64,000 nt of DNA from Octopus vulgaris (lineage: Eukaryota). Both the position numbers and the translations under genes were made by a program. The notes beneath the pieces are model-generated. The model ran no database searches and had not been told where the DNA came from. It worked only from the letters and a program-made list of their open reading frames with translations. This document shows, in pieces, positions 52,758 through 64,000 of the stretch (positions are counted from its first letter, which is position 1; every line of letters starts with the position of its first letter). The stretch spans positions 143,468,001 through 143,532,000 of the forward strand of contig OX597817.1 in the NCBI GenBank assembly GCA_951406725.2, read 5' to 3'.

Positions 52758-54258
52758 AAACACACAGCAGCTAACCCATGCAAGTAATATGTGGATGGTA
52801 CACTAATGTGGTGTCACAACTATGTCTTGCAAAAAACCAGCAACTGTTCAGAACTGAAATAGTTTCTGCTTTGGAAGAAAAAAGACCAGCCAATGGGATT
52901 TGACAATGTTATATAGCTAAGATGCCCATGAGAGATTATAAGAGATTATGAAGAGAAACCTTTTAGAGAATAGAGATTTTATCTGATGTGTGATTGTTTA
53001 CAAATACAGAAGCTGCAGTGTTGTGTTTCTTTAATGTATATAGTTACTGCATTAATACTGTGTTATAAAATGAGATAGTTTTGAGAGAGAGAGAGTCAGG
53101 TCCTCATTGGAGGAAGTTTTCAAAATCTTTGTCTATGAAAGTAACTGAATGTGTGAAGAGAGTTTTGCCTTTTACTGTCATGTATCTTCTCGTATCATAA
53201 ACGATGGCTAAGGATTTAGTTGTGTCCCAACACTTCAATTAAACCATGTGGTAGGTAGCACATTTTCAAATGGATAAACATTTATTTGAATCTAAGAGAA
53301 CCGGTTCATCTCTCACTGTAATCGAATATTCATTGAAAGAAATGCTCTAAGAATGCTTCTTCAGAAATAAAATATGCCCCAAGATAAAGAGAAATCTACC
53401 TTTCTACTACACCACAGAATGTATAATTGAACAACGGTAGACCATTAATCGTATGTGACATGTCTATTGTGCGAAAACAGGCGACACCCAAACTAAATGG
53501 CTTCTTATGTATGGCTGGCTTTTGTTATTGGAAACTAGTTCGTGAGTAACCAGGGAAATAATGAAAAGAAAACAAAGGAGACATTTTTCATTCTTAAATA
53601 AGTTATATAAGAACAAGCTAGGACATTAACCAACAGAATTGATTTACCAAAAAGAAAGACTGTTTCTAAGAAACAACCATTATAACAGATGCTCTTTTCC
53701 AAAATGTAACAACATGGGATAAAGTTAGAAATGATAAATTAATACAGCTCAAAGATTAAGCATTAGAATCTGTGAGAGAAGAGATCTAATCTTACTCAAA
53801 GCTATTGAATATTAATTCTGGTGTAATGAGAGTGAGAAAGAGTGGTTAGATGGTTCGACTGGAACTGGTAAGCCAGAGGGCTGCACTAAGTTCTAGTTTG
53901 ATTTGGCATTGTTTCTATGGCTAGATGCCCTTCCTAATGACAACCACTGAAGAGTGTAGAGGGTGCTTTTTATGTGCCGTTTACATGACACTGGCTATTG
54001 CCAGTGACATATAAGTGGCACCCGTGCCAGTGGTATGTAAGAAACACCCATTACACTCATCTTCTGATTTGCATTAAGTCCAGTAGAAATGACTCATGAC
54101 ACTTGTAAACAATGAGAGCAAGCAGAACCAGGTGGAAAACACGATAACCATTTGCATAAGTACTTTTGTCTAGATCAGTGGTTCTCAACCATTTTTTGCC
54201 TATGCAAACCCTTAGATCCCTATTTTACTCAGCTGGACCCTCATAGCCATTTGATGTA

Positions 54259-54378
54259 TTGGGTAGTCCGGAAAGTTCATGCCGATTTTTAAAGGAAAGA
54301 AAAAGGTCAATAAATACTTGCCCTTACATTTTTAATCAACCAAATATGAACCATTCTGTTGCATAATGTGTCTCCATC
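54259..54378 (-). mobile_element. Mariner 3' end fragment
   Basis: Same TIR preceded by TA. Minus strand reads RWRHIMQQNGSYLVD*, a typical mariner C-terminus. Confidence 0.8.
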
Positions 54379-54544
54379 CTAAACCAGGACTGCCATGTTA
54401 TATTGGCAAACAATCTTTACTACAAAGTACTGTCGCTGAATATCTCTCATTGTGAGATTTACAAATAGTAATTTTCTATCTTTAACATTCTTTTATACAA
54501 TTCTTAATGATATTTAATGATACAAATATGGTTGGGTTTATATA

Positions 54545-54916
54545 TTGGGTTGTCCGGAAAGTTCGTGCCGATTTATAGTAGCTTACTTTCGACTTATTTT
54601 AGAATATGGTTAAGTCCATAAAATAGAATTTGATTACATCAGCATTCAGAGCACAGTTTAAACTATCTTTTCGCGGAAGAAGGTTTATGTTCCTATAACC
54701 TGTGTTAATTCTGTAATCCTTTAAAATGGAAGATAAGAAAGTTCATTTTCGGCACTTGATGCTTTGGGAACCAGACAAAAATTGCTGCAGCTTGGCTGGG
54801 ATGTGTTATCCCACCCTCCATATTCACCAGATATTGCTCCTTCGGATTTCCACTTATTCAGGTCTCTGCAGAATAGTCTTAATAGTAAAAATTTCAATTC
54901 CTTGAATGACGTAAAA
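54545..54916 (+). mobile_element. Internally deleted mariner element, 5' part
   Basis: TA + TIR TTGGGTTGTCCGGAAAGTTCGTGCCGATTT. ATG at 54726 (MEDKKVHFRHLMLW), deletion near 54769, then TRQKLLQLGWDVLSHPPYSPDIAPSDFHLFRSLQNSL, matching the mariner YSPDLAPSD motif. Confidence 0.9.
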
Positions 54917-55609
54917 ATAGGAATCCAAGGTGTTGCATAGGCAAAAAATGGTTGAGAACCACTGATGTAGACAAAAGTACTTATGTGATAGCTGTAATTG
55001 AATGTCACTGTCATACAAGCAGTGTTGTTCATTTCCAATATTCTGTGAAAACATATCAAGCCATAAGGAAATATTAATTTCCTTATACCAACCTGGAAAC
55101 AGGTTGGCAACAGGAAGAGAATCCAGCCATAGAAAAATCTACCTCAATAAACTCCATGCAACCCATACAAGAATGGAAAAGTGGATGTTAAATGATGATA
55201 TTGGTTTCTCCTAAGAACATAAGTCCTATAATTTGGAGGAAAAGGAAAATGGGAAAGTTTTATAAGTGAATATCCTCAACGCCAATTCTATAAGTGGATA
55301 TTCTCGTCGCCACTTTTAAGTCCTTCTATCTGTTGGATATACAGATTTAACAAAGCGAGGATAAACACAACAGTCTCCACACGACATACTTCAAATTACT
55401 CCAATAAATACAAACTCTCAATGATCTCAACAACTTCCTATGACCCCTACGACCTCTCCTTGACTCAACCAATACACTACTTTCTATAAGAATTCGGCTA
55501 GTCCATTCTTCTAATCCCACAGGGGTGTCAAAGCCTCATGTTACAACAGAAAGCATGACATTTTGCCCTTTTATTAGCAGAGTAAGTGAACTGCTACCAA
55601 CAATTAAAG

Positions 55610-55830
55610 GGCGGCGAGCTGGCAGAAACGTTAGCATGCTGGACGAAATGCTTAGCTGTATTTCGTCTGCTGTTACGTTCAGAGTTCAAATTCTGCCGAG
55701 ATCGACTTTGCCTTTCATCCTTTCGGGGTCGATTAAATAAGTACCAGTTACGCACTGGGGTCGATGTAATCAACTTAATCTCCTTGTTTGTCCTCCCTAG
55801 GTTTAGCCCCCTGTGGGCAATAAAGAAATA
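55610..55830 (+). mobile_element. SINE family B, full length
   Basis: Collinear with 8385-8597. Confidence 0.85.
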
Positions 55831-56392
55831 AACAATTAAACTCAGATACTGTTCTTGAATAACCAAAACTTATTTCTTGTATTGCTGAATGTTAGAATTT
55901 TGGACCAGCTTGTGATGCCAACAATCATAATAGTAAAGGCATCAATTCCTCACAAGACTTCATTGAACTGTAGTTAGACTCCAAGAGTTAAAAATGAAGT
56001 CAGATTTTTACTCTTAGATTATAAAAGGGGCAATGCCAAGAGGCAGATGTCAATCATTTCAACCTAAACAAACATGGTACATCACAGATTCTCCGATTAA
56101 AAGAGGTGCTGATGATCCAGCACTTCTTTTAATCTGGATAAATTATAAAGCAGAACTTGAAATTCTCATAGCTTCTAATCCAGTTCACTGTGCGACTACA
56201 GATGATGATGTGTTTACATATTATTTAACCTGCATTTATTGGTGGCACTACGAAAATTCCAACATAACCTCTGCTTATTTATCTTAAAGCTATCCTTAGC
56301 TATAGCTACTACAGGTGAGAAAACTGAGAACATCAACGGTGGTGTCAAATATAGAAATCAATCCATATTGATTTAAGATAAAGTAGGTAGAC

Positions 56393-56603
56393 CTGTTGTG
56401 TCTGGAGAAAGTCATTTTCTTTTTGTGCCTTATAATGTAACACACTCACTGGTAATAACGGACAGAGTTAAGACTATTGAAAAGGTTGCAAGATGCAACG
56501 AAAATTTTAGGAAAATAAAAATAAGAAATAAGTGGAAATTTTACTGGTGAGTGTGTTACATTATAAGGCACAAAAAGAAAATCACTCTCGCCAGACACAA
56601 CAG
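56393..56603. repeat. Foldback: approx. 63-bp inverted arms with 85-bp spacer
   Basis: 56393-56455 is the reverse complement of 56541-56603 with few mismatches. Confidence 0.9.
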
Positions 56604-56861
56604 AATATGCTTCAACACACGAACTCATATAAAGAATCTTGTAAACCAAATCCAAAAATGAAATATTAAAAGAGGTACACCTGTTGAAAAAGATAGACCA
56701 TAGTATTTCTGAAGGTAAACTGTGTGATATCTATAGCATAATTAATAGGTTAGAGGTGTGTCAATGAATTTGTATAATGTTTACCATAAATGGTCCAGCA
56801 AAAGAGTTAATAAGCCAAAATTTTGGAACCAAGGACACTGGAAAATCTGTGATGTACACTA

Positions 56862-57547
56862 GGCGCAGGAGTGGCTGTGTGTTAAGAAGCTTGCTTCTCA
56901 ACCACATGGTTCCAGGTTCAGTCCCATGTCATGGCATCTTGGGCAAGTGTCTTCTACTATAGCTTCAGGCCAACCAAAGCCTTGTGAGTGAATTTGGTAG
57001 ACAGAAACTGAAAGAAGCCCGTCTTGTGTATGTATATACAGTGAAGCTTTACTATAGCTTCATTTATTATTGACTGCTATTTCCCGTAAATATTGGTGCA
57101 TTATTGTACCACCATTCTGTGTGTTTCAGTCTTTGTCCCCACTGCCATCGCTTAACAACCGATGCTGGTGTGTTTATGTCCCTCGTAACTTAGCAGTTCA
57201 GTCAAAGAGTCCGATAGAATAAGTACTAGGCTTTAAAAAAAAAGTCCTAAGGTCAATTCTTATTTCTTATTTCTTTATTGCCCACAAGGAACTAAACATA
57301 GAGGATACAAACAAGGGCAGACCCTAGTGCATAACAGGTACTTTATTTATCGACCCCTAAAGGATGAAAGGCAAAATCGACCTCAGCGGAATTTGAACTC
57401 GGAATGTAACAGGAGACAAAATACTGCTAAGCATTTCGCCCGGCGCGCTTACATTTCTGGGGACGATTCATTCAACTGAAACCCTTCAAGGCAGTGCTCC
57501 AGCATGGCCACAATCGGACGACTGAAACAAGTAAACAAATAAAAGAA
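56862..57547 (+). mobile_element. SINE family A interrupted by a minus-strand family B copy (about 57262-57460)
   Basis: Family A head at 56862 and tail at 57460-57547, with reverse-complement family B in between. Confidence 0.8.
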
Positions 57548-58214
57548 TACGATCTGTTTTGAGTGGGCTGGGAATGAAGACTTTACCGTTTTCTACTCAG
57601 AGCAAATTTATTTATTACTTCTGACAGAAGTGACAGTGTGATGGGGGGGGGGTAGATTTCTATTTGATTTTGTTAAATTTTCATTTCAAATGAAGTTTTC
57701 CATTCATTTCTTCTTTGTTAGTAATTTTTTTTCTTTTTTTTTTTTTTTGCACCAGGGAGCAGGGAAGGCGGCGGGAGTGGAGGGAGGGAGTACCTTATTC
57801 ATTCATAATTTCGCAGACTTCAAACTTCCTGCACCAAAAAAAATACAAAAAGAGATGGGGAGGTGGAGTGGGGAATAAGGTGGGGAGTAGACAGTGGAGG
57901 AAGCTAAAAGAAATACAGGAAGGGATAGGGTGGGGTGGAGAGAGGGAATTATAAAGACAAAACAAGAAAAAAATGTCAAAGAAAAGGAAAAAAAAAACAT
58001 TCTCACTATCAATAATTATATTACCCTTCTTTTTGCAAAGGAGATAACTAAGAGAGAATAGCAAGGAAGGAAGTAAGGAAGTAGGCTTTCACACAAATTT
58101 GTCTGTTTTGTGTAATATATAAAAAGAATACAGCGGCAGAGACAAAATTTAAAGAGAAGAGGGATGAAATAAAATTGGTAAATAACAGTTCGTAGTGGAA
58201 TCATAATAGAGGAC

Positions 58215-58905
58215 TTAACTCTTTTGTTACCATATTTTCTTTGAAAGTCACAGTCTTTGTTTCAATTAATTTTGAAAATTAAGAATTTAGGAAAATAATT
58301 TTGTCATTATTACGGTGATGCTAGAGGATCTTAGATTTACATGGAATTTTGATGGAAGGGTTTAATATACATCACTTTTAAACAAGAAGTTTGTTGTAGG
58401 ACCAGGGGCAGTTTCAGGCAGGTTGGTCTTAATCATTTCAACACCAACCTGGCTGAAACCGCCTCTGGCTCTGTAGTATAAATATCTTGTTTTCAGAAGT
58501 TCCGAATTAAAATCTTCCACCAAATCTTAGTCACAATTTATGTTCCTAACACCAGCTTAATGATAATTAAGTTATTTTACTAAATTCTTTGTTATATTTC
58601 AAATTAATTAAAAGAAATACAGAGCATCTCAACAGAAATATGGTAACAAAAGGGTTAACAAATGATTAATTTAACCCTTTCAATACCAACACAGCTGAAA
58701 CCAGCTCTGGCTCTGTAGTATAAATGTCTTGTTTTCAAAAGTTCTGAATTAAAATCTTCCACCAAACCATAGTCACAATTTATGTTGCTAACATTAGCTT
58801 GATGATAAAGTTATTTTAATAATTTCTTTGTTGTATTTAAAATTAATTGAAAGAAACACAGAACATCTCAAAAGAAATATGGTAATGAAAAGGTTAAAAG
58901 GGTTA
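58215..58905. mobile_element. Cluster of three TTAA-flanked (piggyBac-like) MITEs
   Basis: TTAACCCTTT...AAAGGGTTAA ends. First copy inverted, next two direct and highly similar. Relatives at about 2400-2632, 2646-2876, 19297-19490, 19880-20190, 36420-36596. Confidence 0.7.
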
Positions 58906-59800
58906 ACAATTAAGCAAAAATAGGATAATGAAGGTATGGCTATAAATGATATGATGCGACTTTTACAAAATGAATTTTAGCTAAATAATGTGAATGGAAA
59001 TACGTATTTAATAAGAAATGATAGACCAGCACAAGCCTGGCAGTTCAGTTAAAATGCTCACTTTACTACTATATGGCTTCAGGTTCAATTCCACTGCACA
59101 GCACCCTGGGCAAATGTCTTCTATAAGGTTAATCAATGCCTTGGGAGTAAATTTGATAGAGGGAAACTGTGTGAAAGCCTATCATGTGTGTATATATGTT
59201 TGGCCTTCACTGCCAAGTGACAACCGATGTTAGTTTGTTTATATCTTGGTAACTTAGTAGTTTGGCCAAAGAGACTGATAAAATAATTATCAGACTTGAA
59301 AAAAAATAAATAAATAAACATAACTACCAGGGTTAATTTATTCAACAAAAACCCTTCTAAGTGATACCCCAGCATGACCACAGTAAAAACAAAATGGAAA
59401 GATAAAAAAAGATTAAAAAAAAAAAAGAAAAAAGATGAAGCAAAACACCAGATCTGATTCATTACATACCAGCTTAGCACAAAGCCTTGAGTTTTTAGAA
59501 GACAAAAAATGCCTTTCTTTCACCAACAGCAAGGAAAGTGTAGGGGAATTGAAATGAGAACAACTTCCAACTGTGTATCAAAATTCTGACTATTTCAAAT
59601 ATTTGGGTATTTTTTTACCAATTTCAATTAATGGAATGCCTCTACGTTGGATGCCCTACATTCAATGTACATCATCATCGTCATTATTTTAACGTCCACT
59701 ATTCCACACTTTTATGGGTCACATTTGAGTTGGTTGAGGCAGATTTTCTACAGCCGGATGCCCTTCATGTCACCAAACCTCGCCAGTTTCCAAGTAACTA

Positions 59801-60167
59801 TTTTACTTGTTTCAGTCATTTGACTGCAGCCATGCTGGAGCACCGCCTTTAGTCGAGCAAATCAGCCCCAGGACTTATTCTTTGTAAACCTAGTACTTAT
59901 TCTATCGGTCTCTTTTGCTGAACCACTAAGTGACGGGGACATAAACACACCAGCATCGGTTGTCAAGCGATGTTGTGGGGACAGACACACATACATATAT
60001 ATATATATACAACGGGCTTCTCTCAGTTTCCGCCTACCAAATCCACTCACAAGGCTTTGGTCGGCCCGAGGCTACAGTAGAAGACACTTGCCCAAGGTGC
60101 CACGCAGTGGGACTGAACCTAGAACCATGTGGTTGGTAAGCAAGCTACTTACCACACAGCCACTCCT
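59801..60167 (-). mobile_element. SINE family A, well-preserved (CpG-retaining) copy
   Basis: Collinear with the other copies; inserted within an RTE-tail repeat. Confidence 0.85.
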
Positions 60168-61590
60168 TGTGACCACTTTCTCATGACCAGACATGTTTTT
60201 CATGAAAAACTGGAAACAAAACAGCTTACTAGTATGAAGACAGCTCGTTTATAACCATCACATGATGCCAACACAAAACTATACGCCAGTATACTCAACC
60301 ACCGCTATCAGGGCTGCATGCAGCCTCCTTTTGCCGGCCCCTGACAGTCTTCCCTCTATAAATATAATTTTTTTTTAGTTGACTTGTTTTACTTTCTTTG
60401 GTCCTCTAAGACAGCCCAGGTTTGGAATATGGCCCCTGATATTAAAAAGGTTGAGAACAAGGCGGAAAGCTGGCAGAAAAGTTAGCACGCCGGGTGAAAT
60501 GCTTAGCAGTCTTTATGTTCTGAGTTCAAATTCCACCAAGGTCGACTTAGCCTTTCATCCTTTCGGGGTCAATAAATTAATTACAAGTTGCATACTGGGG
60601 CTGATCTATTCAACTGGCCCCCTCCCACAAAATTTCAGGCCTTGTACCTAGAGTAGAAAAGAATATTGCTTGTCTTTAAGGCAGCAAGCTGGCAGAAACA
60701 TTAGCACACCGGGTGAAATGCTTAGCGGTATTTCATGTGTCTTTACATTCTGAGTCCAAATTCTGCTGAGATTGACTTTGCTTTTCATCCATTTGGGGTC
60801 GATAAATTAAGTACCAGTTGCATACTGGGGACAATCTAATTGACTACCACCACCACCACAACAACAAAAAAGAATTTAAAAAAAGATTGAGAACCATTGG
60901 CACACACACATATATCAATACTTCTCCCCACACAGTTGAGGTGGGGTCCATGTCCTGCAACCTACATGGTGATCTCATTGCTGCTGGTGCCATGTAAAAA
61001 GCCCCCAGTACACTCTTGGTTGGCATCATATATGGGTATCCAGCATGCTGGACAAAATACTTAACAGTATTTTGTCTGCCACTACATTCTGAGTTCAAAT
61101 TCCACCAAAGCTAACTTTGCCTTTCATCTTTTCAGGGGTCAATGAAATAAGTACCAGTTGAGTACTGGGGTCAATGTAATTGAGTAGCCTCCTTCCCACC
61201 AAAATTTTCAAGGTCTTGTGCCTAGAGTAGAAATAATTCTATATGGATATCCAGCCGGAGAAACTAAGGCAAAGCAGACAACAGAGCTTGATGCCATTCT
61301 CTGACTTACCAATTCCCATCAAACCATCCAGTATGGAAGGAAGACCTTAAATGATGACGATGATGTGTATGCATCATAATCATTGTCATCATTTTAACAT
61401 TGACTCTTCCGTTCTTGCATAGGCCACATTTTCTATAGTAGAAATGCATTTTTAATCACTACCCTCCCTCTTTTCCAAGCAAGACAGACTCCATGGTATA
61501 TCAACTCCTTGTAGAAGACAGTTGCTTATTTTATCAGCCTTAGACAGGGCAGCATTTGAACTCAGAACATAAAGACATGTAACCAAATAC

Positions 61591-62434
61591 CGTGAGTGCT
61601 GAAGACATGTGTAGGCTCGAAAGAAATGAAGCTAGCATGATCTGCTGGATGTGTAATGGTAGTGTGCACACACGACAGAGTGTAAACACCCTGAGAGAAA
61701 TGTTAGACATAAGAAGCATTGGATATGGCATGCAAGAGAGACATTTGCATTGGTATGGTCATGTACTGCCGATGGACAAAGAAAGCTGTGTGAAGAAGTG
61801 CCACTCCCAAACAGTGGAAGGAATCCAGAGTAGAGGGAGACCCAGGAAGACATGGGATGAGGTGGTGAAGCATGACCTTTGAACGTTAGGCCTCACAGAG
61901 GCAATGACAAAAGACCAAGACCTCTGGAGGTATACTGTGACTGAGAAGACCCAGCAAATAAAGTGAGTCCACAGCTGAAACTTACATCAGTGTCGCATAA
62001 CCAGCCCACTCAAAAGTACCTTGAATCATAGGGCAACATGCCGTGCTAGAGGAGACCTATTGAGTCAAATAGATCAACATCAGCAATATCAAAATCAAAT
62101 CAAATGGAAATTGTAATTGTGAGCCCCATGCTGGTAGCACATAAAAAGCACCATCCAAATGTGGCCAATGCCAGAGCCGCTTTGACTGGCTTCCGTGCCA
62201 GTGACACGTAAAAAGCACCATCCGATCGTGTTCGATGCCAGCTCCTCTGGCACATAAAAAGCACCCACTACATTCTCGGAATGGTTAGCGTTAGGAAGGG
62301 AATCCAATTGTAGAAACACTGCCAGATCAGACTGGGGCCTGGTGCAGCCTCCTGGCTTCCCAGACCCCAGTCAAACCGTCCAACCTATGCCAGCATGGAA
62401 TACAGATGTTAAACAATGTTTATGATGATGATGA
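61591..62434 (+). mobile_element. 5'-truncated RTE-clade LINE (ORF C-terminus + 3' UTR)
   Basis: RLERNEASMICWMC...LHWYGHV...GRPRKTWDEVVKHDL*TLGLTEAM, then a 3' UTR with GGCACGTAAAAAGCACC repeats, AGGAAGGG..TCCA motif and (GAT)n tail. Confidence 0.85.
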
Positions 62435-64000
62435 TATATATGTAAAAAGCACCCACTACATTCACGGAGTGGTTGGCATTAGGAAGGGCAATATATGAGG
62501 CCCAATGTTCACTTGCACATATATGTATATACTTACACATTTTTAATCTCATTTGCAACTATAAATATTTTGATATATCGCATCAGGGGGGGTAATACCT
62601 AGAACACTTGATAAGACCACAGTATAAATATACCGCATCTTAATGATAATTGGCTACATTGCAAATGATATAGACATCTTAAAAGAAACATGAAAAAGAA
62701 ATTATAAAGTATTAATACAAAAGCAATATAAAAATAATATTACAAAGCAGCGAAGATCAAAGTTCAGATGGATACTTAGAATTATAACTATAATCCTGCT
62801 TAGTAACAGTCAATATAAGATTGCTTAAATAAATTAGAATAATTGATTAAGCAAGAACACTTAAATCATTGAAAATATAATAGACTGGATGGATGTGATA
62901 TTGAGTCAAAGGAATGGGGAATTACTGAATGGAAACCGAATTTAAAATTAATGTTATTTAGGAAATACTTATTTGAAAGTAGGTTTTAGATAGAGTACAA
63001 ATATGCCTGCACAATCTTGTATGTATGTGTATTCAGTTACAATCGTAATGTAAACATATTTAGCAGATAATGTTTTGAAAAAAAAAAATTAAAATAGGTT
63101 AGAATGAGGAATAACCAATTAATTTATTAATGAATAATATGCTGGATGGAAGTATTAATAGGGACTTGCTATGTGTAAATCCAATTTTAATTTTATATTA
63201 TTATTTTATTAATGGAAGTAGATTAAACTAAAATCATATCATCATCGTTTAACGTCCGTTTTCTATGCTAGCATGGGTTGGACGGTTCGACCGGGGTCTG
63301 GGAAGCCAGGAGGCTGCACCAGGCTCCAGTCTGATCTGGCAGTGTTTCTACAGCTGGATACCCTTCCTAATGCCAACCACTCCATGAGTGTAGTGGGTGC
63401 TTTTTACATGCCACCGGCACAGGTGCCAGGGGAGGCTGGCAATGGCCACGATCGGTTGGTGGTTTTTACGTGCCACCGGCATGGAAGCCAGTGCTGGCAT
63501 TGACCACGTACGAAAGGTGCTTTTTACGTGTCACCAGCACAGGTGCCAGGGGAGGCTGGCAACGACCACGATCAGTTGGTGCTTTTTACATGCCACCGGC
63601 ACGGAAACCAGTTGTTCATACATACGCCCATGTGTATATGGCATCAATTATCATGGAATACAGTTCATGATGACTATATTCTATACCATCATCATTATGA
63701 TTAATTCGTTTGTATCACATAATAAATAAAAACCCAAGAAAATTTATGCTTGCGGTAAATTACAATTTCAATCTTTACATGTAGCAGATCTCAATCTGTC
63801 ATTAAAATCTTGAATGCTTCACATGTACAAAAATTAGTCTTCCATGTCACCTTGGTCTCATTTGGTCAATACAGAGGTTTTCAATTGGGGTCCATCCATA
63901 TGGCCCTTGGGGGACCAAATAAGATTCTGTCATTAATCTATAATATAAATTGGACATGGGCGATCGTTGTATTCTTTCTTGTCTTGAGGTTCACAGCCAA

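Noticed and set aside
52905-53490. Possible LTR (TG...CA) with a PBS-like sequence
   Set aside because: No second LTR, TSD or clear tRNA complement visible.

Overview
AT-rich, microsatellite- and SINE-dense animal DNA. The repeat families resemble those of an octopod (Octopus-like) genome; this is recognised from memory, not from a database search. Only one host coding exon is convincing: a minus-strand exon (12366..11232) encoding the first 335 aa of an uncharacterised protein with a long disordered N-terminus and a transmembrane hairpin. The rest appears intronic or intergenic and contains a full-length defective Tc1-type transposon with DD36E spacing, a rearranged mariner remnant, RTE-LINE 3' fragments, several tRNA-derived SINE families, hAT, TTAA and pogo-like MITEs, Helitron/Helentron-type elements and minisatellites. 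The most notable unexplained signal is a set of type I hammerhead-ribozyme motifs (51058-51118 near-canonical, 13165-13238, 12640-12700, and a degenerate one at 39353-39386). Two of them belong to one short non-coding repeat family of Penelope/retrozyme type. Most ORFs in the track are microsatellite or SINE artefacts. Repeat boundaries are read by eye and approximate unless TIR/TSD positions are quoted.
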